This document shows positions 50,042 through 58,258 of a stretch of 64,000 nucleotides of DNA, in pieces (position 1 is the first letter of the stretch; every line of letters starts with the position of its first letter). Source of the DNA: an uncultured Alphaproteobacteria bacterium (lineage in GTDB: Bacteria; Pseudomonadota; Alphaproteobacteria; Methylaequorales; Methylaequoraceae). The stretch spans positions 52,733 to 116,732 of the forward strand of contig CABZJY010000002.1 of assembly GCA_902526175.1 (NCBI GenBank). The letters run 5' to 3'. Under the pieces are notes generated by a model. That model did no database searches, was not told the DNA's origin, and was given only the letters and a program-made list of their open reading frames with translations. Position numbers and translations under genes: made by a program.

Positions 50042-50803
50042 TCATAAAATCCATTTTTCTGAATCATTTTTTTTTAGAATTTTATGTTCTTCTTGATTTA
50101 ATCCAGATTTCCAATAACTTGAAATATACATATTTGTTTTTTCAATTTTTTTTTTTATTTGAAAGAAATTTCTCAAACTTTTCATTTTACTAAACTCGCA
50201 TGCTACCCACACAAATGGTGTTCCTCTTAACCATTTGAAATTTGATACAGATTCTAATAGATTTGATTCTTGGTCAATTACCCAATTAATATTTATATTT
50301 TCAGGTTTTCTAAGTTTGATTCTATCTTGGTTGGATAATATTTCTAAGATTACAATTCCGCAGGCATTTCTTGGCAGCATTTCTAAATTAACAGAGATAG
50401 CAGGAATTGCTGACATGTCACCAACAAAAAAGAACCAATCAGCTTGATGAGAAACTCTCTCTCTTGGTCCAGGACCAGTAATAAAAATCTCATCTCCATT
50501 ATTTACACTATTTAGCCACGAACTAGCGTAACCATGATCACCATCATGTATTACAAAATCAATATCAATTTCTAACGAGTCTCTTCGAAAATTTCTTACA
50601 GTAAAGGGTCTTGCAAAATTTTTACTTAAATCATTTTTGTCAGCAAAAATTAGTTTTACATACCCTCCAACTTCACTTTCAGGAAAATCATACAAATCTT
50701 CATGGCTAAAAGTTAACCTTTTCATATTTTTTGAGATTTTGTTTATTTTCTTAACAACAATTCTTCTTTTTCTTTTTAAAATCGGATCAATTTTAGTTTT
50801 CAT
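50042..50803 (-). CDS. siderophore-interacting protein / ferric-chelate reductase (SIP, FAD_binding_9)
   Basis: 253 aa. RPFTVRNF FAD-binding motif and IDFVIHDGDHGYASSW. The NAD-binding half (FFVGDMSAIPAI) is collinear with the ViuB/SIP family. Confidence 0.75.
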   Translation of the reverse strand: MKTKIDPILKRKRRIVVKKINKISKNMKRLTFSHEDLYDFPESEVGGYVKLIFADKNDLSKNFARPFTVRNFRRDSLEIDIDFVIHDGDHGYASSWLNSVNNGDEIFITGPGPRERVSHQADWFFFVGDMSAIPAISVNLEMLPRNACGIVILEILSNQDRIKLRKPENININWVIDQESNLLESVSNFKWLRGTPFVWVACEFSKMKSLRNFFQIKKKIEKTNMYISSYWKSGLNQEEHKILKKNDSEKWIL

Positions 50804-50878
50804 ATCAAAATATATCTTTTAAACGATAAATAATTTAAGTATCATATACTGACAAAAATTTAATACATATGAAAAAAA

Positions 50879-51304
50879 ATGCAATCTAGGATATTAGTTA
50901 TTCTACTGGTTTTATTATTTGGTTTTACAGGTATACACCGTTTTTACTTAAGGTATAACAAAGTTGCATATTATATGATGGCTTTGTTTTTCTCTTTTTT
51001 AGTTTTTGTTGGGCTTGGGTTTCTTAACTTAGCGTCAGGATCCTTGTTAGCAATATTTTTGTGGTGGATTTATGAGACCTTTATTGTTGTGACTGGGAAA
51101 CTAAAATTTTATCAAAGTGAAATTCTTAATGATAAACAAGATATTCAAAATAATTTTCAACTCTCTCAAGAAAAAGAATTCAAACATCCTCCTAGTAATA
51201 CTAAGAATGAAAAGTCAACTCTGGCAAATGGATTTGAAAATATTTCTGCAAACATTGAAAAAAGTGGCAAAGAAAACGAGAAACAAGACGATTCAAAAAC
51301 TTAG
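50879..51304 (+). CDS. TM2 domain-containing membrane protein
   Basis: 141 aa. LFGFTGIHRFYL motif with two TM helices, and a polar low-complexity tail. Confidence 0.7.
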   Translation: MQSRILVILLVLLFGFTGIHRFYLRYNKVAYYMMALFFSFLVFVGLGFLNLASGSLLAIFLWWIYETFIVVTGKLKFYQSEILNDKQDIQNNFQLSQEKEFKHPPSNTKNEKSTLANGFENISANIEKSGKENEKQDDSKT

Positions 51305-51381
51305 ATGCATTTTCTTTTTCGTAAAAAAATAAAGCAAATAAATTATTAATAAATTTTTTTTAATGCATAATTTGAGTTTTA

Positions 51382-52179
51382 TTATTCTTTTATCTTTATA
51401 AACTTTAAGGTCATTCTATCACTTTCTCCTATAGATAAGTATTTTTCTTTATTAAGCTCTTTTTTTACTAGACGTGGTGGTAATGTCCATACCCCGTCAG
51501 GGTAATTTTTTTCATCTCTAGGGTTTGAATTGATTTCAGATTTTTTAGCAAGTTTGAACCCTTTACTTTCAATCAGGTTTATCAAAAAAGACTCTTTAAC
51601 ATAACCTAGTTTATAGTTAAAATTGGCATCTTCATCAGCACGATGCTGGACAACTCCTAATATACCTCCAATTTTCATTATTTTGTTAATAGACTCATAA
51701 ACTCTTTCTGCTGATTTAGCATCTAACCAATTATGTGTATTTCTAAAGGTAAGTACTAAATCAAAATAATTATTTTTGAAGTTATCAAATACCAAGTTTT
51801 TTTCAAATTTCACTACTTTATAGCTACCAAATTTTTCTTTATTGCTTTCAAAGTGATTATGAAAATCTTTTTGTATTTTTGAAATTATTTCCCTAGGTGG
51901 ATCACTGTAATTAGTTACATAAAAATTATCAGTTTTATTCATGTAATTACTTAATATTTCTGTATACCAACCCCTACCTGGAGCAATCTCAAGAACTTTT
52001 TTGTTGGTACTTAATTCAAAAAAATTTAAAGTTTCTTTTGGATTTCTGAAAACGTCCCTTTTTTTATTTAAGGCCGATCTATATTGATTACCTATAGATT
52101 GTTCTAAAGATGATTCCTCTGCTTTAGATTTAATATCTAAAGATAGAAGAAAAACTAGAATTAATATAAATATTTTCAT
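51382..52179 (-). CDS. secreted class I SAM-dependent methyltransferase
   Basis: 265 aa. Signal peptide plus motif I VLEIAPGRGWYT. Confidence 0.7.
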   Translation of the reverse strand: MKIFILILVFLLSLDIKSKAEESSLEQSIGNQYRSALNKKRDVFRNPKETLNFFELSTNKKVLEIAPGRGWYTEILSNYMNKTDNFYVTNYSDPPREIISKIQKDFHNHFESNKEKFGSYKVVKFEKNLVFDNFKNNYFDLVLTFRNTHNWLDAKSAERVYESINKIMKIGGILGVVQHRADEDANFNYKLGYVKESFLINLIESKGFKLAKKSEINSNPRDEKNYPDGVWTLPPRLVKKELNKEKYLSIGESDRMTLKFIKIKE

Positions 52180-52221
52180 AAGGTTTATTACAAATTAATA
52201 ATATTTACATAATATACAATA

Positions 52222-52419
52222 ATGATGAATAAAGAAATTATTTTAATTACTGGCAATACGAGTTGGTGGAAAGAAAAAAAATTTAGATTTGAATCGGCAG
52301 AAGTGTTAAACAAATACAGAAAAAAAGGATGGAGATTAAGAAAAAAAGTGATGTTAAATTATAATTCTAAATCTATAGATTCTAGAAAAATGCATAGATA
52401 TATACTTTTTAAGATTTAA
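52222..52419 (+). CDS. hypothetical small basic protein
   Basis: 65 aa ORF only; no motif recognised. Confidence 0.25.
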   Translation: MMNKEIILITGNTSWWKEKKFRFESAEVLNKYRKKGWRLRKKVMLNYNSKSIDSRKMHRYILFKI

Positions 52420-52496
52420 CATAATTCAAATTTGCTAACTAGATCTTTAAGAATTTACCATTTTGAACTTATTATCAATAATTGTAGGATGTGAAT

Positions 52497-53900
52497 ATGT
52501 CTAATATTCGTCAAAAATTTCTAATTTCGACAGGCATTTTGGGTTTTTTTGGGTTGGTTAATTTTCAGCCAAACACTGTCTCATATGAGGCTTGGATCGT
52601 TGCCAGTCTTTTGCTTTTAATGACATTTTGGTGGCTTACCGAAGCTATACCATTATCAATTACAGCAATACTACCTTTAATAGTGATTCCATCATTTACA
52701 AATGTAAATATATCTGACGTTGCAAAACCCTATGCCAATCCGGTAATTTTCTTATTATTAGGTGGTTTTATTCTTGGTTTAGGGTTTCAAAAAAGTAATC
52801 TTCATTTAAGATTTGCAATGCTTGTTTTAAAAAAAATTGGATCAACAAAAAAAAATATTTTGGGTGGGATTATTCTATCTACTGCTTTTTTAAGTATGTG
52901 GATTTCTAACACAGCAACGTGCCTACTAATGTTGCCAATTGTTGTTTCTATTTTAGATAAAATGGAAATTAAAAATGATTTTATTTATAAAAAAATATTA
53001 TTGTTGGCAATTGCTTATTCAGCATCCATCGGTGGAATAGCTACATTAGTCGGAACGGCGCCAAATGCAATTTTCGCTGGTTTTTTAATGGAAAATTATG
53101 ACTTGGAAATTAATTTTATTGATTGGATGAAATTTTCTCTTCCATTAGTTTTTTTATTAATCACAGTATTATGGTTTTTTTTCAACTTTTTTATTGAGAG
53201 CAAAAATGTTCCTATTTCAAAGAATAATTTTATCTATGATCAGTACAAAAAGTTAGGGCCTTTTTCCTCAAAAGAAAAAATAACAATGATAATTTTACTT
53301 CTAACCATTTTTCTTTGGTTATCAAAAAAATCTATTAACTCTGCATTGAGTATTAATTTAACTGATTCAAGCATAGCATTATTTGGTTCATTACTTTTTT
53401 TTATTATCCCCTACGAGAGATATAATTTTGTGCTGAATAAAAGTTGGTTCAAAGAAATTCCATGGAATATTTTAATTTTATTTGGTGGAGGATTAAGTTT
53501 AGCAAGTTCTATTAATTCTTCAGGACTCGCCAATTTAATTAGTGAATCACTTTTTGTTTTTTCAGAATTAGAAATTTATTTAATTATTATCTTAATGGCG
53601 TTAATAATATCTTTTATGACAGAAATTACTAGTAACACTGCAACCACACTACTTTTTTTACCAATAGTAGCATCATTTGCATCAAAGTTTAATTATGATT
53701 TAATTTTACTATGTCTGCCAATAATTATTTCAGCCAGCTGCGCTTTTATGATGCCAATTGCAACACCACCTAACGCAATTATATTTTCAACAAACCAGAT
53801 TAAAATTACATTTATGGTAAGGATAGGGTTTGTAATGAACTGTACAGCAATAATCTTATCCTCAATTTGGATATTTTATTTTAGTTTTTTGATAAGATAG
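52497..53900 (+). CDS. DASS/SLC13-family sodium-coupled anion (di/tricarboxylate or sulfate) symporter
   Basis: About 467 aa with many TM helices. Duplicated hairpin motifs (SNTATCLLMLPI and SNTATTLLFLPI) are typical of DASS transporters. ATG 52497 has an AGGA 6 nt upstream. Confidence 0.8.
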   Translation: MSNIRQKFLISTGILGFFGLVNFQPNTVSYEAWIVASLLLLMTFWWLTEAIPLSITAILPLIVIPSFTNVNISDVAKPYANPVIFLLLGGFILGLGFQKSNLHLRFAMLVLKKIGSTKKNILGGIILSTAFLSMWISNTATCLLMLPIVVSILDKMEIKNDFIYKKILLLAIAYSASIGGIATLVGTAPNAIFAGFLMENYDLEINFIDWMKFSLPLVFLLITVLWFFFNFFIESKNVPISKNNFIYDQYKKLGPFSSKEKITMIILLLTIFLWLSKKSINSALSINLTDSSIALFGSLLFFIIPYERYNFVLNKSWFKEIPWNILILFGGGLSLASSINSSGLANLISESLFVFSELEIYLIIILMALIISFMTEITSNTATTLLFLPIVASFASKFNYDLILLCLPIIISASCAFMMPIATPPNAIIFSTNQIKITFMVRIGFVMNCTAIILSSIWIFYFSFLIR

Positions 53901-54097
53901 AATGTTTATTTGTGTTGATCTATAATCGCCAGCTTATTTCAATAATACAAATATATTAAGACGTTTAGTTAAATCACAGAAAGACTCAAATTAAATAAAA
54001 ATGGAGTGTTAACCTTGACACTCCACGGGCATATTTAGGTACCAACCTACTTCAAGCATTAATATTAATAATTATTATTAATATTGTCAATTTCTTT

Positions 54098-54862
54098 TTA
54101 GTTTTTTATTTTATAACCATATCTAAATATTAAAATTACAACAACAACACAGACTAACAAAAATGATGTAATTGCAAGGACGCAACTAAGTATACTTACA
54201 TCAGAATTTTCATAAAAACTCCATCTAAACGCACTCACTAAGTAAACAATTGGATTAAACATTGAAATTTCCTGCCAAAAAGGAGGAAGCATTTTAATAG
54301 AATAAAAACTGCCACCTAAGAAGGTAAGTGGTGTAATTATTAATAAAGGTATTAGTTGCAATTTTTCAAAACCATCAGCCCAAATTCCAATAATAAATCC
54401 CAGTAAACTGAAAGTAACACTTATGATAATTAAAAATAATAACATGTAAAATGGATGTAAAATTTTCAATTCAATAAAAAAAGATGATGTAATTAAAATA
54501 ATAGTACCAACCATAATTGATTTTGATGCAGCAGCTGCAACGTAACCACAGGTAATTTCTAAAGGAGAAATAGGAGCAGATAAGACTTCATAAATTGTAC
54601 CTGTAAACTTTGGGAAATAAATACCAAATGAAGCATTAGATACACTTTGACCAAGAATTGTTAGCATTATAAGACCAGGTACAATAAATGAACCGTAGTC
54701 CAGGCCATCTATTGCTTCAATTCTTGAGCCTATTGCTGTTCCAAAAACAATAAAATATAACATGGTAGAAATTACCGGTGAGGCAATGCTCTGAGTTATT
54801 GTACGAAATGTTCTTGACATTTCGAATTTGTATATAGACATCAAGCCTCTGAAGTTAATCAT
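54098..54862 (-). CDS. ABC-2 type exporter permease (YadH-like)
   Basis: 254 aa, six TM helices. 4-nt overlap with the ATPase gene. Confidence 0.85.
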   Translation of the reverse strand: MINFRGLMSIYKFEMSRTFRTITQSIASPVISTMLYFIVFGTAIGSRIEAIDGLDYGSFIVPGLIMLTILGQSVSNASFGIYFPKFTGTIYEVLSAPISPLEITCGYVAAAASKSIMVGTIILITSSFFIELKILHPFYMLLFLIIISVTFSLLGFIIGIWADGFEKLQLIPLLIITPLTFLGGSFYSIKMLPPFWQEISMFNPIVYLVSAFRWSFYENSDVSILSCVLAITSFLLVCVVVVILIFRYGYKIKN

Positions 54863-55773
54863 TTCTTTACTAGTTCAATAAAAATATCTTCCAAAGTATT
54901 TTCTTTAATTTCAATGTTACTTACTTCGATAGAATTATGTGCAAAATCTTTTATGAGTTTCGGTAATTCCTTTTCTTCATTAGCTTTATCAATAAAATAA
55001 ATTAACTTATTTTTATCTACTGAAATGTCAAAATGTTTAAGACTTTTTGGAAGTTCATTTATTTCGTTAGCTAGAGAAAAGATAATTTTTCTATTACCCA
55101 GTTTTTTTAGAATATCTCTTTTATCCTCTACAAGTATTATTTTACCTTTGTCAATTATTCCTATTCTATCAGCAATTTTTTCTGCTTCTTCAATGTAATG
55201 TGTTGTTAATACAATAGTTACTCCAAGTTGTTTAAGTTTTATTATCTGCTCCCACATTGATTTCCTCAGATCTACATCAACACCAGCAGTAGGTTCATCT
55301 AAAAATAAAATTTTTGGTTCATGGGACAAAGCTTTTGCTATCATTAATCTTCTTTTCATTCCTCCAGAAAGGGTTCTTATTTGTTGATCTTTTTTTTCCC
55401 ATAAAGACAATTTTTTTAAAATAGATTCTATATATTTATCCGAATTTGGTTTGTTAAATAATCCTCTTGTAAACCGAATAGTATTAATAACTTTCTCAAA
55501 CGAATCTGTGGCAATTTCTTGAGGTACAAGCCCAATTAGAGATCTTGCTTGTTTGTATGATTTTTCATTATCAAAATCAAAAATACTTACGTCACCAGTA
55601 TTTTTTTTTGTTAAACCGCAAATAATGTTTATCAACGTAGATTTTCCTGCACCATTAGGTCCAAGCAAAGCAAATATCTCACCAGAATGAATTTTAAGAT
55701 TAATTTCTTTTAAAGCTACAAACCCATTTGAGTATACTTTATTTACGTTATTAATTTCTATAGCTTCAGACAT
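54859..55773 (-). CDS. ABC transporter ATP-binding protein (YadG-like)
   Basis: 304 aa. Walker [10 protein letters not shown], signature LSGGMKRR, Walker B ILFLDEP. Confidence 0.9.
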   Translation of the reverse strand: MSEAIEINNVNKVYSNGFVALKEINLKIHSGEIFALLGPNGAGKSTLINIICGLTKKNTGDVSIFDFDNEKSYKQARSLIGLVPQEIATDSFEKVINTIRFTRGLFNKPNSDKYIESILKKLSLWEKKDQQIRTLSGGMKRRLMIAKALSHEPKILFLDEPTAGVDVDLRKSMWEQIIKLKQLGVTIVLTTHYIEEAEKIADRIGIIDKGKIILVEDKRDILKKLGNRKIIFSLANEINELPKSLKHFDISVDKNKLIYFIDKANEEKELPKLIKDFAHNSIEVSNIEIKENTLEDIFIELVKK

Positions 55774-55836
55774 TTAAAATATCAAAATTCAAATAAGATT
55801 AGTATTTTAGATTAATGATGTGAAAATTTAATTTAA

Positions 55837-55875
55837 AAATTCTCAGCGATAATAATACATTATCACTGAGAATTT
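55837..55875 (-). terminator. 17-bp hairpin plus U-rich tail between small ORFs and the ABC operon (terminator or attenuator)
   Basis: AAATTCTCAGCGATAAT-aatac-ATTATCACTGAGAATTT. The single non-Watson-Crick position is G-U on the minus-strand RNA but C-A on the plus strand, so it is functional on the minus strand. It is followed on that strand by TTTAAATTAAATTTT. Confidence 0.6.
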
Positions 55876-55882
55876 AAACAAT

Positions 55883-56005
55883 TTATTTTTTTTTAAGTAA
55901 TTTGTATCCCCATCTATTTTCAGAAAGATCCAACAATCTTTTTGTATCGTGAGGAATTCTGAACATAAATTTATTAAATTTAAGGATATCTTTTGTCACT
56001 AACAT
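55883..56005 (-). CDS. candidate 40-aa protein (not in ORF track)
   Basis: MLVTKDILKFNKFMFRIPHDTKRLLDLSENRWGYKLLKKK. Preceded by AAAGGAG at ideal spacing (6 nt) and followed by the hairpin at 55837-55875. The pattern FRIPHDTKRLLDL loosely resembles a ribbon-helix-helix strand-helix. Confidence 0.45.
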   Translation of the reverse strand: MLVTKDILKFNKFMFRIPHDTKRLLDLSENRWGYKLLKKK

Positions 56006-56022
56006 ACTTTTCTCCTTTTAGG

Positions 56023-56106
56023 TTAAGGTTTTAAGCATGTACTTTTGACGCATGTACTATGCGCCACTTTATGACCATGTGGATGGTTCTTCATTAATAA
56101 CAGCAT
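56023..56106 (-). CDS. candidate 27-aa His/Cys-rich peptide or structured leader (not in ORF track)
   Basis: MLLLMKNHPHGHKVAHSTCVKSTCLKP. Its stop lies just before the SD of the 40-aa ORF. It contains a 9-nt direct repeat encoding STC twice. SD is weak, and the coding status is uncertain. Confidence 0.25.
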   Translation of the reverse strand: MLLLMKNHPHGHKVAHSTCVKSTCLKP

Positions 56107-56297
56107 TTTCCTTTTTTTTCAACTTAAATAATATTTATTAACAAATTTTTTTCGCTAGACATAATTTTTTTTGGAGCTGTCAATTATAAATTTATAATGT
56201 AAAATTAAAAAAAAGATTTCTTATTAAGTCTTGATTTTACGAAATTATTTAATATAAGAAATGATTTTCAAAATAAATTAAAGTATACATTTTTTAA

Positions 56298-56687
56298 ATG
56301 CCTCATTTACAATTTGATATTAACAAAAAATTAAATCCAAGCGTACGAAGTAAATTTTACAAAAAAATAATTGAAACTTTTAGCCAAATTATGGAAACTG
56401 GAAAAGATCATATTGCAATAAGCCTCAGAGAACACAGTTTAAAAAGCCTTAGACTCGGAAGAGCTAGCTCTTCAGATTATGTCTGTATAATGAATTTAGA
56501 TATCCGTGAAGGTAGAAGTTTAAAGCAAAAAAGAAATTTAGCAATTAGATATATGGAAATAGTAAATGAGTTACTGGAAATTAAATACCAGAATCAATAT
56601 CTAACATATACTGGTCACAACGGTTTGGATTTTAATTTATATGAAAAACAATTAAAGAATTGGGTAAAAAATGACAAACCCTTATAA
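56298..56687 (+). CDS. tautomerase-superfamily-like protein (N-terminal Pro-1)
   Basis: 129 aa. It begins MPHLQF, as in CHMI/4-OT-type tautomerases (MPHF...), and the length fits the CHMI-like class. The call is weak. Confidence 0.4.
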   Translation: MPHLQFDINKKLNPSVRSKFYKKIIETFSQIMETGKDHIAISLREHSLKSLRLGRASSSDYVCIMNLDIREGRSLKQKRNLAIRYMEIVNELLEIKYQNQYLTYTGHNGLDFNLYEKQLKNWVKNDKPL

Positions 56688-56712
56688 TAGCTCATTAAAA
56701 AATGAGCTATTA
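56685..56712. terminator. perfect 12-bp hairpin, bidirectional terminator candidate
   Basis: TAATAGCTCATT-aaaa-AATGAGCTATTA between convergent genes. It includes the TAA stop of the + strand gene and ends 8 nt from the - strand gene stop. Confidence 0.6.
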
Positions 56713-56719
56713 ATATAAA

Positions 56720-56866
56720 TTAGTTCTTCTCAGATTTTTCAGTATCTTCGGTTGTCTCTTTTGTTTCTTTTATTTCTTTATGTCCACCAGAGCAATGAGC
56801 TGAGAAAGAGGTGTCAGAAATTAAAAGAAAAGCAAAAATACCAAAGAAAAATGTTAATTTTTTCAT
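56720..56866 (-). CDS. candidate 48-aa secreted His/Cys peptide (not in ORF track)
   Basis: MKKLTFFFGIFAFLLISDTSFSAHCSGGHKEIKETKETTEDTEKSEKN. AAGGAG SD 7 nt upstream, a clear signal peptide, and a predicted mature N-terminus AHCSGGHK. Confidence 0.45.
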   Translation of the reverse strand: MKKLTFFFGIFAFLLISDTSFSAHCSGGHKEIKETKETTEDTEKSEKN

Positions 56867-56912
56867 ATATACTCCTTTGTTAGGTTAGTATTTAAATTAC
56901 AAATCTTATTTT

Positions 56913-57086
56913 TCAACTTTTTTTTGTTGATGCAGACTGATTTTTTTTGATAGTGAGTTTTTTTAACTTTGGAACTATGTCAGCTTTTTTTAGACAACTA
57001 CCAACTAAAGTACCAGTCAAAAATGCCCCGGCAGTTAAAGCTCCAGTTATAAAAGCACTCGAGATAGCAAATTTTATTAGTGTCAT
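56913..57086 (-). CDS. candidate 57-aa glycine-zipper membrane protein (not in ORF track)
   Basis: MTLIKFAISSAFITGALTAGAFLTGTLVGSCLKKADIVPKLKKLTIKKNQSASTKKS. GGAGAAG SD-like sequence upstream, one TM segment with small-xxx-small repeats, and a basic tail. Confidence 0.4.
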   Translation of the reverse strand: MTLIKFAISSAFITGALTAGAFLTGTLVGSCLKKADIVPKLKKLTIKKNQSASTKKS

Positions 57087-57376
57087 TTCTTCTCCAATAA
57101 GTTTAGTGTAATAATAATAGATGTTAACTAGTATTTAGGGTATTACAAATCAATCTTATAAAAAAAATTTTATTTAAATATATTAATTACTCTCTTATTA
57201 ATATTTACTCAAGTAATTATTCCAGATATGGTGATTCTCCAAATGGTGTTTTTTGGAACTCAAAAAATAATCAAACCATAAGATTTAAAGAAATCATATC
57301 TAAAATTACTGAAAAAAAAATTAGCATTGTTGACGTAGGTTGTGGCTATGGTGCTTTATACCAATATTTACTAAAT

Positions 57377-57778
57377 ATGCAACTACTTGATAGATTTGAT
57401 TATGAAGGTGTTGACATTAACTCTGATTTTATAAAATCATGTAAACAAAAATATCCAAAAATAAATTTTTTTGTATCAAATAAACCAAAAAAAATTGTTG
57501 ATTATGTGGTTATGTCCGGCACTTATAATCTAGCCACATTGAATGATGTTAATTTTTGGGAAAAATATATATTTTATAACCTAATGGAGTGTTTTGAATT
57601 GTGTAAAATTGGACTAATTTTTAATATGCATGTAGATAACTTTACTACAATCAGAAATAAAATTTTTTACACAACTGAAGCAAGAATGATTTCCTTGCTC
57701 TCAAAAATTACTAACAAAATAAGATATTACAAATCAGATCACTTTAAAAATGAGAGAATATTTATTTTATTAAGATAA
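57377..57778 (+). CDS. class I SAM-dependent methyltransferase, start unresolved (conserved frame open from 57128)
   Basis: The ORF-track ATG at 57377 lies downstream of SAM-binding motif I (VDVGCGYG, 57332-57355), which is in the same frame. There is no ATG/GTG/TTG in-frame between the upstream stop (57125-57127) and 57377. Confidence 0.55.
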   Translation: MQLLDRFDYEGVDINSDFIKSCKQKYPKINFFVSNKPKKIVDYVVMSGTYNLATLNDVNFWEKYIFYNLMECFELCKIGLIFNMHVDNFTTIRNKIFYTTEARMISLLSKITNKIRYYKSDHFKNERIFILLR

Positions 57779-58243
57779 TTGAAAAAAACTGTTCTGTCTC
57801 ATTGCTTCGTACAAGCAAATGGAAACAGCATTACTTAAATTTAAACTTCTTTTGTAGTTTTTAATAGGAATAAATAATTTTGGAAAATTAAATTTTTCAA
57901 ATATGCAACTAGGAATACCATCTATTTCTGAACCAAAAATAAGAGTATCATTTGCTCTATATAATTGTTCAGAATAAACTTTTTTTCCAAATTTTGTAAT
58001 AAAAAAAAAATTACTTTCACCTATATGACTGCAACAATCAAAAAGGTTATCAAAAATTTTTACCTGCACATCATTGTGATAATCTAATCCTGCTCTTTTG
58101 AGATTTTTGTCGTCAAAATTAAATCCCATGGGTTTAATCAAAAATAACTTAGAATTTGTATTAGAACACAATCTTATAATATTACCTGTATTTGGTGGGA
58201 TTTGTGGGCTATACAAAACAATATTTAAAAATTTTTTTTGCAT
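57770..58243 (-). CDS. trmL: tRNA (cytidine(34)/uridine-2'-O)-methyltransferase TrmL (SpoU family)
   Basis: 157 aa. SPOUT motifs (PPNTGNIIRLC, LIFGSE..G, SLNLSNAV). Confidence 0.85.
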   Translation of the reverse strand: MQKKFLNIVLYSPQIPPNTGNIIRLCSNTNSKLFLIKPMGFNFDDKNLKRAGLDYHNDVQVKIFDNLFDCCSHIGESNFFFITKFGKKVYSEQLYRANDTLIFGSEIDGIPSCIFEKFNFPKLFIPIKNYKRSLNLSNAVSICLYEAMRQNSFFQLS

Positions 58244-58258
58244 AAAAAAATATTTAAA

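Noticed and set aside
51117-51332. 71-aa + strand ORF in an alternative frame over the 3' end of the TM2-domain gene
   Set aside because: It is an overlapping alternate frame of the low-complexity tail, with no independent start signal.
54003-54024. GGAGTGT-taaccttg-ACACTCC hairpin between the convergent DASS symporter and ABC permease genes
   Set aside because: The stem is only 7 bp, and there is no U-tract on either strand. It could be a weak bidirectional terminator, but the evidence is too thin to call. I recognised no sRNA motif in 53901-54097.
56035-56058. GCATGTACT direct repeat, considered as a CRISPR-like or tandem-repeat array
   Set aside because: There are only two 9-nt copies with a 6-nt spacer and no cas genes. 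It is retained only as part of the leader/small-ORF finding.
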